Numbered from the stretch's first letter, positions 35,589 through 45,950 are shown. The stretch: DNA of 60,637 nt from Leptospirales bacterium (GCA_040326155.1 JBEQLE010000019.1:1-60637), one strand, 5' to 3'. Made by a program: numbers and translations. Notes: generated by a model from the sequence alone, not told the origin.

Positions 35589-36983
35589 CTATTTTTCTGT
35601 TTTGTCGACAACAATTCTCGAACCTTCGACATAGGCAACTTCAATGTCTACATTCATCTCAATAAAACCATCTTCGCTGACGGCGTCGTATTTTATATCG
35701 TCGATTTTAATTGTGCCTGAGGGCCGCAATACTGTGGCTGTGGTTCCGGTCTTTCCCACCAGAAAACCAAACTCGTCGATTGTTTTTTCCGAGTCTTTCT
35801 TTAGTATATTAGAGAGGAAGATCCCCTTCCCTTTTTTTACCATGGTCGGCAATAGCCGTATAAGTAAATACATTCCTGTCATTATAAAAACAAGAGAGAC
35901 TGCGAGCGCTATTATACCATCTTCCATGTTATCAATTCCAAAGGACCACACTATGGCTCCGAGCATACCGGTGAATCCAATAATGCCTGCCACGCCAAAC
36001 CCCGGTATTACAAAAATTTCGAGAAATATTAATAACAAGGAGAAGGCAAACAGTGCCGGGGCCTCCCAGCCCGAATAACCAGCCATGATGCGCGTTATAA
36101 AGAAGATCGATATAAATGTTATACCGAACATGCCTGAAACTCCCCACCCCGGAACCTTCATTTCGCTGAAAAGCCCTAATACGCCCAGCCCGATTAAAAT
36201 ACCCGAAACGACTGGGTCCAGGAAAAAGTTTAAAAAACTGCTAATATAGCTCGGTTTTGCTCTTTCAATATGAAAATTTACAAAACCTTCCGTTAGAATA
36301 ATCTCTTCAATAGATTCAGCCTTATAGTCGGCAATGTTCAACCGAATGGCTTCGTCAACGGTTAAAGTAAGTAACTTACCAGCTGGCTTATCAATTCCAT
36401 GTTCTTTTTTATTTAAAACGATAGAGTCATCGACAAAAGCTTCGGCAATGATACCGGGCTTGCCGTGAGCTTCCGCAGCAGAGCGAATAGCCGCACGAGT
36501 TCCGGAAATTACTTTCTCGGACCCTTTTTTCATTTCTCCGTCTTTCATGTAAACAGGAGTGGTTGCGCCAATAACCGACCCGGTTGACATGACTACTTTG
36601 TCGCAAGATAGCGCGATAATGGAACCGGCAGAGTATGCATTTTGATTTACAAAACATACAGTGGGTATGCTTGCAGAAAATATAATATTTTTTATTTCCA
36701 GCGTAGAAATCAGTTCTCCGCCGGGTGTGTTAATCTCCAGAATAATTAAAGACGCTTTTTCTTCATCCGCCTTTCGAAACGAGTCCATAATAAAACTCGC
36801 ATAAGATTGATCTTCACTCTGGTCAATATGATGAGGAAGTATATGAAAAATCAGATCTTTCTCTATTTCATTCGCATTTGCGCCTCGACCACTACCCTGT
36901 GAATAGATCTGGGAGAAAACAACCGTAGTAATTAAAACTACGAAAACACTGATTTTAAAATAACGCATAGTTACTAACTTCAC
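35589..36983 (-). CDS. nfeD: NfeD (long form): ClpP-like protease domain, TM region and C-terminal OB fold
   Basis: INTPGG, AYSAGSIIALS, IGATTP, LLTLT, EIFVIPGFG and LRPSG motifs. Confidence 0.9.
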   Translation of the reverse strand: MKLVTMRYFKISVFVVLITTVVFSQIYSQGSGRGANANEIEKDLIFHILPHHIDQSEDQSYASFIMDSFRKADEEKASLIILEINTPGGELISTLEIKNIIFSASIPTVCFVNQNAYSAGSIIALSCDKVVMSTGSVIGATTPVYMKDGEMKKGSEKVISGTRAAIRSAAEAHGKPGIIAEAFVDDSIVLNKKEHGIDKPAGKLLTLTVDEAIRLNIADYKAESIEEIILTEGFVNFHIERAKPSYISSFLNFFLDPVVSGILIGLGVLGLFSEMKVPGWGVSGMFGITFISIFFITRIMAGYSGWEAPALFAFSLLLIFLEIFVIPGFGVAGIIGFTGMLGAIVWSFGIDNMEDGIIALAVSLVFIMTGMYLLIRLLPTMVKKGKGIFLSNILKKDSEKTIDEFGFLVGKTGTTATVLRPSGTIKIDDIKYDAVSEDGFIEMNVDIEVAYVEGSRIVVDKTEK

Positions 36984-37052
36984 ATGTAAATCTTACCGTC
37001 AATGAAATCATGCATCTTTGGGTGGGAAAATATGCAAATGAGTTGACTGTGT

Positions 37053-38738
37053 ATGCTGCATCGTTTATTGAAAAATATGGTACGCGATTTAGATGCTTTA
37101 AAAGATAAGAAATTTGATATATTGGTTATTGGCGGGGGAATCTCCGGTGCTTGCCTGGCCTGGGACGCTTCGTTAAGAGGGTTAAAGGTTGCTTTAATTG
37201 AAAAAGAGGACTTTGGTCATGGTACTTCGGCGGCGACTTCGAAAATGTTGCATGGAGGGTTAAGGTATCTTGCCAATTATGAATTTAAAGTCGTTCGGGA
37301 ATCTTTACGGGAGAGACGGCATCTTGCCAAAATTATGCCTCATCTCGCTTTTCCGTTACCATTTTTATTGCCTGTTTATAAAAATTCTGGCACTCCGAAA
37401 TGGATGTTACGGATAGGTCTATTTTTATACGATCTGCTCTCTTTTGATAAGAATTTTATAAATGACCCAGACAAGTATTTGTCTAACCATAAATGGTATA
37501 ATAAAGAGGAGGCTCTTTCGTTGGAACCAAATCTGGAGCCGAAAGGTTTAAAAGGTGCTTTTCATTACTATGACGCACAGAACAGATATCCCGAGAGGGC
37601 AAATCTGGAGTTTGTTCTTTCTGCTGCGGACCAGGGTGCCACGGTGGCAAATTATCTGGAAGTGACTGATTTTACTTTGAAGGATGAATTTGGTAAACAA
37701 CGAATTGAGGGTGTCACTGTTCAAGATAATTTAAAGCGTGAAAAACCTTTTAAGATTAGAGCCAATGTTGTTATTAATGCTACAGGCCCGTGGGCTGATA
37801 ATTTAATTCAATCTTTTTCTGAGAAAAAAAAGAGTAAGGTTGTGCGAAGTAAAGGAATTCATTTACTGTTTCCGAAATTGATTAACCAGTCTGCGCTGGC
37901 TTTTGAAACGAAAGATCGACGTCACTTTTTTGTTATTCCCTGGTTAAACTATACCCTGATTGGAACGACCGATACCTCTTATGAAGGTGATCTTAACAAG
38001 GTAAGGGTTAACAAAGCCGAAGTCGAGGAATTTCTGGAACAGGTAAATAGTCTATTTCCCGCTAATTTGACTATTGAAAATGTTTTGCACTCTTATTGTG
38101 GTATTCGCCCGCTTGCCGCTCAGGATGAGGGTACGGGTGGTGGTACTTATAATATTTCAAGAAAACATGAGCTGGTGGACCACGGGAAAAAGAATAAGGT
38201 GGAAGGTCTCTTTTCTGTGTTTGGCGGTAAGTGGACGACTTCACGCGCCCTCGCCCAGTACGCGCTGGATATAATTCTAAAACGAATGAATATTCCCGCT
38301 TTGCCTTGCAATACGGCCAAAACCCAACTCAGTGGCGATGAAATTCCCGAAAGATTTACCCATTGGCGCGATAAAAAAATCGCTGAGATGAGTGAATCGT
38401 ATCCTGTAGATACTGCAACTCATTTAATTGAGTACTATGGGGCCAAATGTAATCGATTGTTTGACTTTATGCAGGAAAAATCTAAATTGAAAAAACTGAT
38501 TACGCGTACTAATCTTTATTGTATAGGCCAAATTGAGTATGCGGTAAAACATGAGATGGCTTTTCACCTTTCTGACTTTATGATGCGTCGTTCTTTAATT
38601 GGAAATACTGGAATACCTGCCCATGAAACGACTGTAGAAATAGCTGAACATATGGGACGCTTGCTTGGATGGTCTAAAGCGGAACGGGAAAAACAGATGG
38701 AAGAGTATTTTGAACAAAACCGCATTACCGGCTTATAA
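37053..38738 (+). CDS. glpD: FAD-dependent glycerol-3-phosphate dehydrogenase/oxidase
   Basis: DILVIGGGISG, GTSAATSKMLHGGLRYL, NATGPW, IGTTD, GIRPL and GGKWTT motifs. Confidence 0.92.
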   Translation: MLHRLLKNMVRDLDALKDKKFDILVIGGGISGACLAWDASLRGLKVALIEKEDFGHGTSAATSKMLHGGLRYLANYEFKVVRESLRERRHLAKIMPHLAFPLPFLLPVYKNSGTPKWMLRIGLFLYDLLSFDKNFINDPDKYLSNHKWYNKEEALSLEPNLEPKGLKGAFHYYDAQNRYPERANLEFVLSAADQGATVANYLEVTDFTLKDEFGKQRIEGVTVQDNLKREKPFKIRANVVINATGPWADNLIQSFSEKKKSKVVRSKGIHLLFPKLINQSALAFETKDRRHFFVIPWLNYTLIGTTDTSYEGDLNKVRVNKAEVEEFLEQVNSLFPANLTIENVLHSYCGIRPLAAQDEGTGGGTYNISRKHELVDHGKKNKVEGLFSVFGGKWTTSRALAQYALDIILKRMNIPALPCNTAKTQLSGDEIPERFTHWRDKKIAEMSESYPVDTATHLIEYYGAKCNRLFDFMQEKSKLKKLITRTNLYCIGQIEYAVKHEMAFHLSDFMMRRSLIGNTGIPAHETTVEIAEHMGRLLGWSKAEREKQMEEYFEQNRITGL

Positions 38739-39658
38739 TGGACAATTTGGAACGTATAAAAAAAAAACTGTATGAAGCGAATATTGCATTTGAAATTAAC
38801 GTTCCTCTCTCGAAGTATTCTTCTTATAGAACAGGCGGCCCAGCTCACGTTTTTGTAAAATCGAAGAACGCTCTAGCTACTCAAAAAATACAACAACTGG
38901 TAAGCGAAATTCACATTCCGGTTTTTTATTTAGGTGGCGGTTCCAATGTGCTTTTTCAGGATGATGGTTTTCATGGTCTGGTTGTATATGGCGACTATGA
39001 AAACTCCATTGAACTTATAGAAGTGAATGGCAGCTCGCTGGTCGAAGTTAACTCGAACCATTCTAGCGCATCTTTTTCGCGCAAGGTTGGTAAAATGGGT
39101 TACGCTGGTTTTGAATTTTTATCGACCATACCCGGCAAGCTGGCCGGTGCGGTGGCGCAAAATGCCGGTTGTTATGGAAGCGAAATAAAAGATGTTTTAG
39201 AAAGCGCTTTTATTTCTTCAGAAACGAAAATCGGCTGGGTGCCATCAGGAGAACTTGAATTTTCATATCGATTTAGTCTGTTTAAAACAGAACCATCTTT
39301 GTTCATACATGCGCTTCGATTTTTTGCCATTCCGGGTGATATTGAAACCATTACGTTAAAAATGGAAGAGTTTAGAACACATCGTCTAAACAGCCAGCCC
39401 AAAAATAGAAAGAGCGCAGGGTCGGTGTTTAAAAACCCTGATGGGAAAAAGGCTTGGCAGCTTATTTCGGACTGTGGGCTCTCGGGTTATACAACAGGCG
39501 GTGCTTGCATTTCTAAAGAGCATGCTAATTTTATCGTGAACGAATCGAATGCTACTTCCAGAGATATTCTTCAAATTATTCATTATACGCAACAAATTGT
39601 TCTGAAAGAAACCGGCGTAAAGCTCGACACCGAGATTATTATCGTTCCTGAAAATTAA
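38738..39658 (+). CDS. murB: UDP-N-acetylenolpyruvoylglucosamine reductase
   Basis: TGGPA, GGGSNVL, IPG..AGAV.QNAGCYG, FSYR.S, SAGSVFKNP and KEHANFIVN motifs. Confidence 0.95.
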   Translation: MDNLERIKKKLYEANIAFEINVPLSKYSSYRTGGPAHVFVKSKNALATQKIQQLVSEIHIPVFYLGGGSNVLFQDDGFHGLVVYGDYENSIELIEVNGSSLVEVNSNHSSASFSRKVGKMGYAGFEFLSTIPGKLAGAVAQNAGCYGSEIKDVLESAFISSETKIGWVPSGELEFSYRFSLFKTEPSLFIHALRFFAIPGDIETITLKMEEFRTHRLNSQPKNRKSAGSVFKNPDGKKAWQLISDCGLSGYTTGGACISKEHANFIVNESNATSRDILQIIHYTQQIVLKETGVKLDTEIIIVPEN

Positions 39659-39838
39659 CATAGATTGATGTCGATCAACGCACATTGCATTATAACGATG
39701 GGTGCGCGTAAGGAACGATGGTGAAACTGCCGACTTTAGGCTAGCAAAGAGCGCCAAAACCGCTGTTTTTTTATACACTAAAAATGAAAAAAATAAGCAA
39801 AATCTGAAAAAATTCCGATTTTTGCCTATTACACTTAT

Positions 39839-40402
39839 ATGAAGAATATAACTACGTATCGAAAATTAAAAATACCAATTGATAATGTTTTGGAAATTCG
39901 GCTGCCCCCTTTCTCCTGGAATAAAGTAAAATGGGTAGCAACCTGTACATTCCGAACCCATTCCTGGGTAGTTCGGTATGCTGTTTTTCGGATGATTAAA
40001 CGAAGCGGGCAATTTCATCCAGATGGCGAAAATGCGGGGTTGCGCTCTGCTAAAATTGAAAAGCTAAATAACTTAGTGCGAAGCGAACGAGGCAATAGTC
40101 AGAAAAAGCATAGACATCGACTTTGTTTATATGGGAAGGACGAATTGTTTATTCGAATTGCCGCTGCAAAGATGGGTTGTACGATGAGTCACCTGGTTCG
40201 TCTGGCACTGGCGATGTATCTGGATGATTTGGTGAGCAAGTTTTCCTCGATTGGGCGCTCTCGGGGCCGCAATGGCAGGTTCAGTGGTCCGGCGTGGAAG
40301 TGCCTGGGGATCAAGATTTACCGTGGTGTGAGATTCCACACCATTGGCATAAGACACCAGCACTTCGAATTCATATACTACAAACCCGGCGATTACTGGT
40401 AA
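39839..40402 (+). CDS. Basic RHH-containing protein, DUF1564-like
   Basis: ELFIRIAAAKMGCTMSHLVRLAL RHH-like segment; size and pattern recall the Leptospira DUF1564 paralogues. Confidence 0.55.
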   Translation: MKNITTYRKLKIPIDNVLEIRLPPFSWNKVKWVATCTFRTHSWVVRYAVFRMIKRSGQFHPDGENAGLRSAKIEKLNNLVRSERGNSQKKHRHRLCLYGKDELFIRIAAAKMGCTMSHLVRLALAMYLDDLVSKFSSIGRSRGRNGRFSGPAWKCLGIKIYRGVRFHTIGIRHQHFEFIYYKPGDYW

Positions 40403-40621
40403 CACCCAGCCCACTCTGGAAAATTTCGGGGTAATTACCCACACCGCAGTACCCATACATACATGCGCGTACCCCCCGTTACAAGGTACAAAAAAGACTT
40501 GCCATGGCATATCAAAACCCATAGGTTTCTTATTATGTCACATTTAGATATGTTGCTATACCGATTTTTAAAGAGTATCACTCTTGCCTGGCTTCACTGA
40601 ATATAAAAACTATTTTGAAAA

Positions 40622-41440
40622 ATGAAATTGAATAAACGAGTTCTTCTTTTTGCCCTTATCTTTCTATTTGGATCGGCGCTTTACCTGTTTTCGCAAAGCC
40701 CGGCTACATCTGTGCCGACAAACACAGAAAAACCCCAGCCCGTGGAGACCAATGAGTCTGACCCTGCGAAGGTTGCAGCGGCTGAACCCACAACGGAACC
40801 CCCGAATGAGAATAAAGGGGAAAATAAACCGGAAGACAAACCGACCGATACCGGCAATTTTGCTGAAGATGAGTTATTTAAACAACTCGATGAAGAGATG
40901 AAAAAAGCTCCCACTGCTGAACCCGAAATAGTCAAACCTCCCTCGTGGGGAGTTCAGATCTTAAAAATGATAATTGTGCTCGCTATGATGTTCGGTGTCT
41001 TTTATCTTATCTGGAAATTTTTTATATATAAAAAGAAATTTCAGAGCGAAGCCGCAGAAGTCATGAGAGTAATTCATACTCAAAGTGTAAGCCCTGGAAA
41101 ATCAATTCAAATTATGGAACTTTCGAATCGATTGTTAGTTATAGGTAACAGTGACGCCGGTTTGCAATTAATTACAGAAATCAAAGATAAGCCATCTATC
41201 GATCAAATAAAACTCGACAGTGAAAATGAAAATAGCATGGAAAAAAGAGATTTCTGGGTCGAATTAAGTAAAACTATAGCAGAGCGTGTAAGGGGAACGG
41301 GAACGGAAAAATCAAAGAAAATGAATACCTCTGGCCCGATGCCGTGGGACAATATGCGCAGTAAAAGTCGTACACGACTGGAGACATTGAAAAAAAATCG
41401 TGAAAATTTTAATCAGGATGATGGCAGTGACAAACTTTAA
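40622..41440 (+). CDS. fliO: Flagellar biosynthesis protein FliO/FliZ-like
   Basis: Signal peptide, P/E-rich linker, TM, SVSPGKSIQIME...LLVIG....LQLITEI; immediately upstream of fliP. Confidence 0.82.
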   Translation: MKLNKRVLLFALIFLFGSALYLFSQSPATSVPTNTEKPQPVETNESDPAKVAAAEPTTEPPNENKGENKPEDKPTDTGNFAEDELFKQLDEEMKKAPTAEPEIVKPPSWGVQILKMIIVLAMMFGVFYLIWKFFIYKKKFQSEAAEVMRVIHTQSVSPGKSIQIMELSNRLLVIGNSDAGLQLITEIKDKPSIDQIKLDSENENSMEKRDFWVELSKTIAERVRGTGTEKSKKMNTSGPMPWDNMRSKSRTRLETLKKNRENFNQDDGSDKL

Positions 41441-42206
41441 GAAGATATTTATTATACTATTTGTTCTTTCGCTGAGCGGGTCAGGACAAGCAATTTTCAG
41501 TCAAAGCGCAAATCAAATACCTATCCCGAAAATTGATTTTAACATTACGGAGGCCGAAGGCCCGGCCGAGGTCGCACTATCTTTGCAGATATTGCTTTTA
41601 ATTACCCTTCTAAGTATGGCGCCGGCAATTATTTTAATGCTTACGTCGTTTACTAAAATTATTATTATTTTCGACTTTATTAAAAGGGCTTTGTCGCTTC
41701 AAAATATGCCTCCGAACCAGGTTCTGGTTTCTCTCTCGTTATTTTTAACTTTTATTATTATGGCGCCAACGTTTAACGAAATAAACGAAAATGCACTTCG
41801 CCCTTACTTGGACAGTGAAATTAAAACGGAAACTTTTTTTGACAAAGCTGCGGTGCCACTGCGAAAGTTTATGGTGAAGCAAATAGGAACCGATGGTATT
41901 AAAGAAGTTGCCCTTTTTATTAAGCTCAGTAAAGTCAAAAAACCAGCTAATTTTTCAGAAGTTCCCATGCATGTTCTAATACCCGCTTTTATGCTTTCTG
42001 AAATTAAAAAAGCTTTTATTATCGGAATCTATTTATTTATCCCATTTTTGGTTGTCGATATGGTCGTAGCTTCAACGCTTATGTCCATGGGTATGATTAT
42101 GCTGCCGCCTGTTATGATCTCGCTACCATTTAAAATTGTCTTGTTCGTACTCATTGACGGTTGGTCGCTTTTAACTTATCAAATTGTTCGGAGCTACGCT
42201 ACGTAG
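41418..42206 (+). CDS. fliP: Flagellar export protein FliP
   Basis: LLSMAPAI, PPNQVL, LIPAFMLSEIK and MGMIMLPPVMISLPFK motifs; exact start uncertain. Confidence 0.96.
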   Translation: MMAVTNFKKIFIILFVLSLSGSGQAIFSQSANQIPIPKIDFNITEAEGPAEVALSLQILLLITLLSMAPAIILMLTSFTKIIIIFDFIKRALSLQNMPPNQVLVSLSLFLTFIIMAPTFNEINENALRPYLDSEIKTETFFDKAAVPLRKFMVKQIGTDGIKEVALFIKLSKVKKPANFSEVPMHVLIPAFMLSEIKKAFIIGIYLFIPFLVVDMVVASTLMSMGMIMLPPVMISLPFKIVLFVLIDGWSLLTYQIVRSYAT

Positions 42207-42215
42207 GAGTGTATT

Positions 42216-42479
42216 ATGACGCAAGCTGATATTGTTACATTGTTGCGAGAAGGAATCTGGGTTACTTTGAAGCTGTCTTCGCCCATGTTGATTTTAGGGA
42301 TGGGAATTGGTCTTGTCGTTTCTATTATTCAGACGACTACGAGTATTCAAGAGCAGACATTGACGTTTGTTCCTAAACTTATTGGAATTTTACTTTCTAT
42401 TGTTATTTTTGCCGCCTGGTTAATTCAAACCATAACAGATTATACAAAAGAGTTATTGAGCCGGATTGGAAGTTTTTAA
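42216..42479 (+). CDS. fliQ: Flagellar export protein FliQ
   Basis: GLVVSIIQTTTSIQEQTLTFVPK. Confidence 0.96.
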   Translation: MTQADIVTLLREGIWVTLKLSSPMLILGMGIGLVVSIIQTTTSIQEQTLTFVPKLIGILLSIVIFAAWLIQTITDYTKELLSRIGSF

Positions 42480-42487
42480 AGAATTAA

Positions 42488-43282
42488 ATGGATTTATTTG
42501 CTGATAAATTCCAGATTTTTGTTCTTCTTTTTGCTCGAATATTGGCTTTGCTGAGCATTATGCCAGCTTTTGGAGGCCAGGGAGTTCCGGCCTTTCACCG
42601 CGTTTCTCTATCTCTTTTAATTTCGTTTATGGCTACTCCCGTTGTAGAATTTCCCGAGGGTTTTGAAACATTAATTGAAACACGTTTTCTAGGTTTGGTT
42701 TTAGAACAAGCCTTTATGGGAATCTTAATTGGTTTTAGTCTTCAGCTGTTATTTGCAGCTTTTCAAATGGCAGGAGAATTTTTCTCGGTACAAATGGGGT
42801 TTGGTATCAGTGAAGTTTTTGACCCCTTGGCGCAAGTATCTTTACCGCTTATGGGAACTTTGAAAAACCTTATTGCGTTATATGTATTTTTTGTCAGTGG
42901 TGCCCACCTGATGACTTTTCAAGCGATGGTGCAATCCTTTGCGAATCATCCGTATTTTTCTACTGAGTTTTTAAGCAACGGCGCCGTTCATATTGGAATT
43001 CTGGATTATTTAGCTCTTTCGGGTTCATCCATGTTTTTGGTTGGTATTAAAATAGCATTTCCGGTAATGGGTACTCTTTTGTTGGTCTCGATCACTATGG
43101 GTATTCTTTCTAAAGCAGCACCGCAAATGAATATTTTAATGCTGGGTTTTCCCCTGAAAATAATGGTGGCATTTCTGGTTTTAACCTGGGTCTCTCCCAT
43201 TATGGTAGAATTAATACAGAGTCAATTTGACTCTTATTTTAACCATCTGCATGAATTATTGAATAGTTGGAATACTCATTGA
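42488..43282 (+). CDS. fliR: Flagellar export protein FliR
   Basis: AGE...QMGF.....FDP and KAAPQMNIL..GFP.K motifs. Confidence 0.95.
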   Translation: MDLFADKFQIFVLLFARILALLSIMPAFGGQGVPAFHRVSLSLLISFMATPVVEFPEGFETLIETRFLGLVLEQAFMGILIGFSLQLLFAAFQMAGEFFSVQMGFGISEVFDPLAQVSLPLMGTLKNLIALYVFFVSGAHLMTFQAMVQSFANHPYFSTEFLSNGAVHIGILDYLALSGSSMFLVGIKIAFPVMGTLLLVSITMGILSKAAPQMNILMLGFPLKIMVAFLVLTWVSPIMVELIQSQFDSYFNHLHELLNSWNTH

Positions 43283-43323
43283 TAAAGTTTATTGTAGATT
43301 GACTTTAGGTTTACTTTTTAAAA

Positions 43324-44175
43324 TCAAGCAGCGGCAAGCTCATTTAAAATATCTTTTAAATCATAATCGATTATGTCGGCCAGGGTTACAAAGTCGTTAT
43401 CATTTAGACTTTCTGCGACTTCATTCATGGTTTCATTTAGTTTTTTAAGTAGATCTGGTTGAAAACCGCTTTTATTCATAATTAAAATTCCATCTGAGAT
43501 CCATTGCATTATGGTTTCAAGTAAGGCCAAAGCTTTCTTTTCATTTCCAGCTGTCAAATCGGTGGCAATTTGTTCTAAAATATCGGTTTGCTGAGCAATT
43601 TCTAATACAAAGCCCTGCATTACCTCTGTTGCCTCTTCTTCATTTAAGTTGGAAATTACATAGCTCTTTGACCAGAGTTCTACGGTATTGCGAATGGATA
43701 TCAACCCTTCTAATATTTCTGGTAGGTTTTGAGCAATATTGCCCTGTTTTTCTTCTAAAACTAATAGTTCATTTTGTATATTATAGCCTTCAAAATATCT
43801 CTGTAAACCCTGCAACGAGTCGATTATCCAGGTTAGACCCTCGTCGATCTCTGCAATGGCACTAATGTCGAGAGGTTTTTTCTTTTGAATGGAACCTGCA
43901 ATGAAATTCCCCACCTTGTTTACATACTTTGTAAGCTCTTCCAGATGAGAATAGACCAATTGGGACTGATCGCCTAATTCAATTTCAAGGGTATTAATTT
44001 GACTGCTCATCAAGCTCTGGTTTGCCAAACCTGAGTTTTCGCCATTGACCTTGTAGTCGAGAACAAACATTGAATCTTTAGAAGCCCACTCTTGCAGATG
44101 TTCTAACACTTTGGTCAAAGCTATATTTTCTTGAAGGTCAAAATCAATCTCTTGTCCGTTTACTAAAATATCCAT
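43324..44175 (-). CDS. Conserved-looking helical hypothetical protein
   Basis: ILVNG.EIDF.L N-terminus and DFVTLADIIDYDL C-terminus. Confidence 0.7.
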   Translation of the reverse strand: MDILVNGQEIDFDLQENIALTKVLEHLQEWASKDSMFVLDYKVNGENSGLANQSLMSSQINTLEIELGDQSQLVYSHLEELTKYVNKVGNFIAGSIQKKKPLDISAIAEIDEGLTWIIDSLQGLQRYFEGYNIQNELLVLEEKQGNIAQNLPEILEGLISIRNTVELWSKSYVISNLNEEEATEVMQGFVLEIAQQTDILEQIATDLTAGNEKKALALLETIMQWISDGILIMNKSGFQPDLLKKLNETMNEVAESLNDNDFVTLADIIDYDLKDILNELAAA

Positions 44176-44206
44176 ATCTGATTATCGGCTGATTACACGA
44201 AATGCA

Positions 44207-44372
44207 TGACAGGAAATTTCGACAGGATGTACAGGTAAGGAAATCAGGCACGTATTGAATTTTGAAATACTATTAGAGGGTGTAATTATTTTTATGAAAT
44301 GAAACAAAGTTCTCCTCTTAAATCATGTTAACCGGTCAATCCTGCCTATTAATCTTTTTCTGCGTTCCTTAT
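44207..44372 (-). repeat. Nested-palindrome interspersed element, copy D (degenerate)
   Basis: GACAGGATGTACAG...GTATTGAAT...TTTTATGAAAT...AATCCTGCCTATTAATCTTTTTCTGCGTTCCTTAT, collinear with copy A. Confidence 0.7.
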
Positions 44373-44824
44373 CAAAAACTCGAAAGGTACCAGAATCCGT
44401 CTCTACGAACCAGGTTCATTGTTTCTTCGACCTTAGCTTCAGGACCGAAAAGAAATTCAATTTTAGCATGATCTGCATCTACCTCGGGTGAACCTTTTGT
44501 TTTGGCTGTTTGAAAATATTCCACAAAGGTCTTTGCATTGATCTCTTTTTTTTGTCGTTCACTGCATTTATGAGGTTCATACAAAGGGTCAATTGCGCAA
44601 ATACAATCGGTGTCACCATCGTTTTCCTGCATAGGATCGCAAAGTCCGCCTAGTTGGGAAAATTTACCTATTTTTGCAGACTCAAACAAAGTGTCCATTA
44701 CAGCCATTGGCGCTGTGTGTTTTTGTAACGGCTCTACCCGATCTACATTCATAGAATATATAGAAGTTATTGATATAAACCCAATAAGAACGAAAACGAA
44801 AGTAAACCATTTGATTTTTTGCAT
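44372..44824 (-). CDS. Hypothetical secreted protein with 4 Cys
   Basis: Signal peptide; LCDP..ENDGDT.CIC and ETMNLV.R.G.WYLSSF segments. Confidence 0.72.
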   Translation of the reverse strand: MQKIKWFTFVFVLIGFISITSIYSMNVDRVEPLQKHTAPMAVMDTLFESAKIGKFSQLGGLCDPMQENDGDTDCICAIDPLYEPHKCSERQKKEINAKTFVEYFQTAKTKGSPEVDADHAKIEFLFGPEAKVEETMNLVRRDGFWYLSSF

Positions 44825-44957
44825 AAAGAGAATATGTATAAAGATTTAGACATCGTCCATAATAAACTGAATGGATTAGCGTTTTGAATTTGCCGATCGT
44901 GAATAACTTACATAGTAATTTGATTGACATCTACACAGTTATTCGTAATATTCCTGC

Positions 44958-45950
44958 ATGAACAGATCTCGATTGGTATTAAATAAAACAATTCAAATTA
45001 TTTGCAATCTATTTATAGTTTGTTTATTTACGTTATCGACAAGTTCAATATATGCAAATGATTGGAAAGAAAATTTGCGCGGCTATAACAGTGCAATGAA
45101 ACAAACCGAGAAACCCAAAATTATCTATTTTTATGCGGACTGGTGTCATGCTTGTGAATCGGTCAAATCGGAAATATTTGGTAATACAAAAGTACAAGAA
45201 GTGCTAGAGAATTTTGCAGCGGTTAAAATCGATGTCGACCAGGGCGAGAATTCAAGTATCGTTCGAAAATATATGACTATTGTATATGGAAACAGTGGAT
45301 CTTACGCTATACCTGAAATATTTTTAGTGGAGGCCGGTGGGGACCGTATTGTAAGAATTCCACCCGTAAACCGCACTACACCCAATAATTTTAATGAATA
45401 TTTGAATAAGTTTTTATCGAACAAAATTCCTTTTGTTAAAAAAAGGCAGAAAAATGAAGTTACCAGAGAGCGGCCAAAAAAAGGACCTGTAAACATCCAA
45501 CCGTATTATGGCTATATGCAGGCGCAGTTTTCATGGCAACCCCGGAATTTTGCGCTTCAGAGTGGACTGGGTGAACCGGGTTCGAATGCCCCCAAAGAGG
45601 TGTACGGTATTGACACGGGATTTACTTTTTTTAAACGGTATGGGTTTGGTGTAGAGTTATACCTGGGTCTGGCTTATTATGATCAAAAAATTGGCTCTTA
45701 CCTGGATGGAGGCTTGTCTTTCAATATACTCGATTTAAAAGGATTTCAAGTCTGGCTTACCAATGGAATTGGTACAGGTCCATTTTCAGTAAGTTCGACC
45801 CATATTTTTATGAATTATTACATCAAAACTACGTTTATGATTGGACGACAAATAAGTCTATTTAGTAAAATGAGATTTTATTTTGATTATAATACGGTTT
45901 TTGATATGCAAAACCCTTATTGGAGCTTCGGTACAGGCTATGCTTTTTAA
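44958..45950 (+). CDS. Secreted thioredoxin-fold protein with a C-terminal beta-rich (outer-membrane barrel-like) domain
   Basis: FYADWCHAC and cis-Pro loop AIP, then amphipathic beta strands ending in FGTGYAF. Confidence 0.72.
   Translation: MNRSRLVLNKTIQIICNLFIVCLFTLSTSSIYANDWKENLRGYNSAMKQTEKPKIIYFYADWCHACESVKSEIFGNTKVQEVLENFAAVKIDVDQGENSSIVRKYMTIVYGNSGSYAIPEIFLVEAGGDRIVRIPPVNRTTPNNFNEYLNKFLSNKIPFVKKRQKNEVTRERPKKGPVNIQPYYGYMQAQFSWQPRNFALQSGLGEPGSNAPKEVYGIDTGFTFFKRYGFGVELYLGLAYYDQKIGSYLDGGLSFNILDLKGFQVWLTNGIGTGPFSVSSTHIFMNYYIKTTFMIGRQISLFSKMRFYFDYNTVFDMQNPYWSFGTGYAF

Noticed and set aside
5815..44372. Repeat family read as a CRISPR array
   Set aside because: Copies are dispersed and 165-270 bp long, with no repeat-spacer periodicity and no cas genes in the window.
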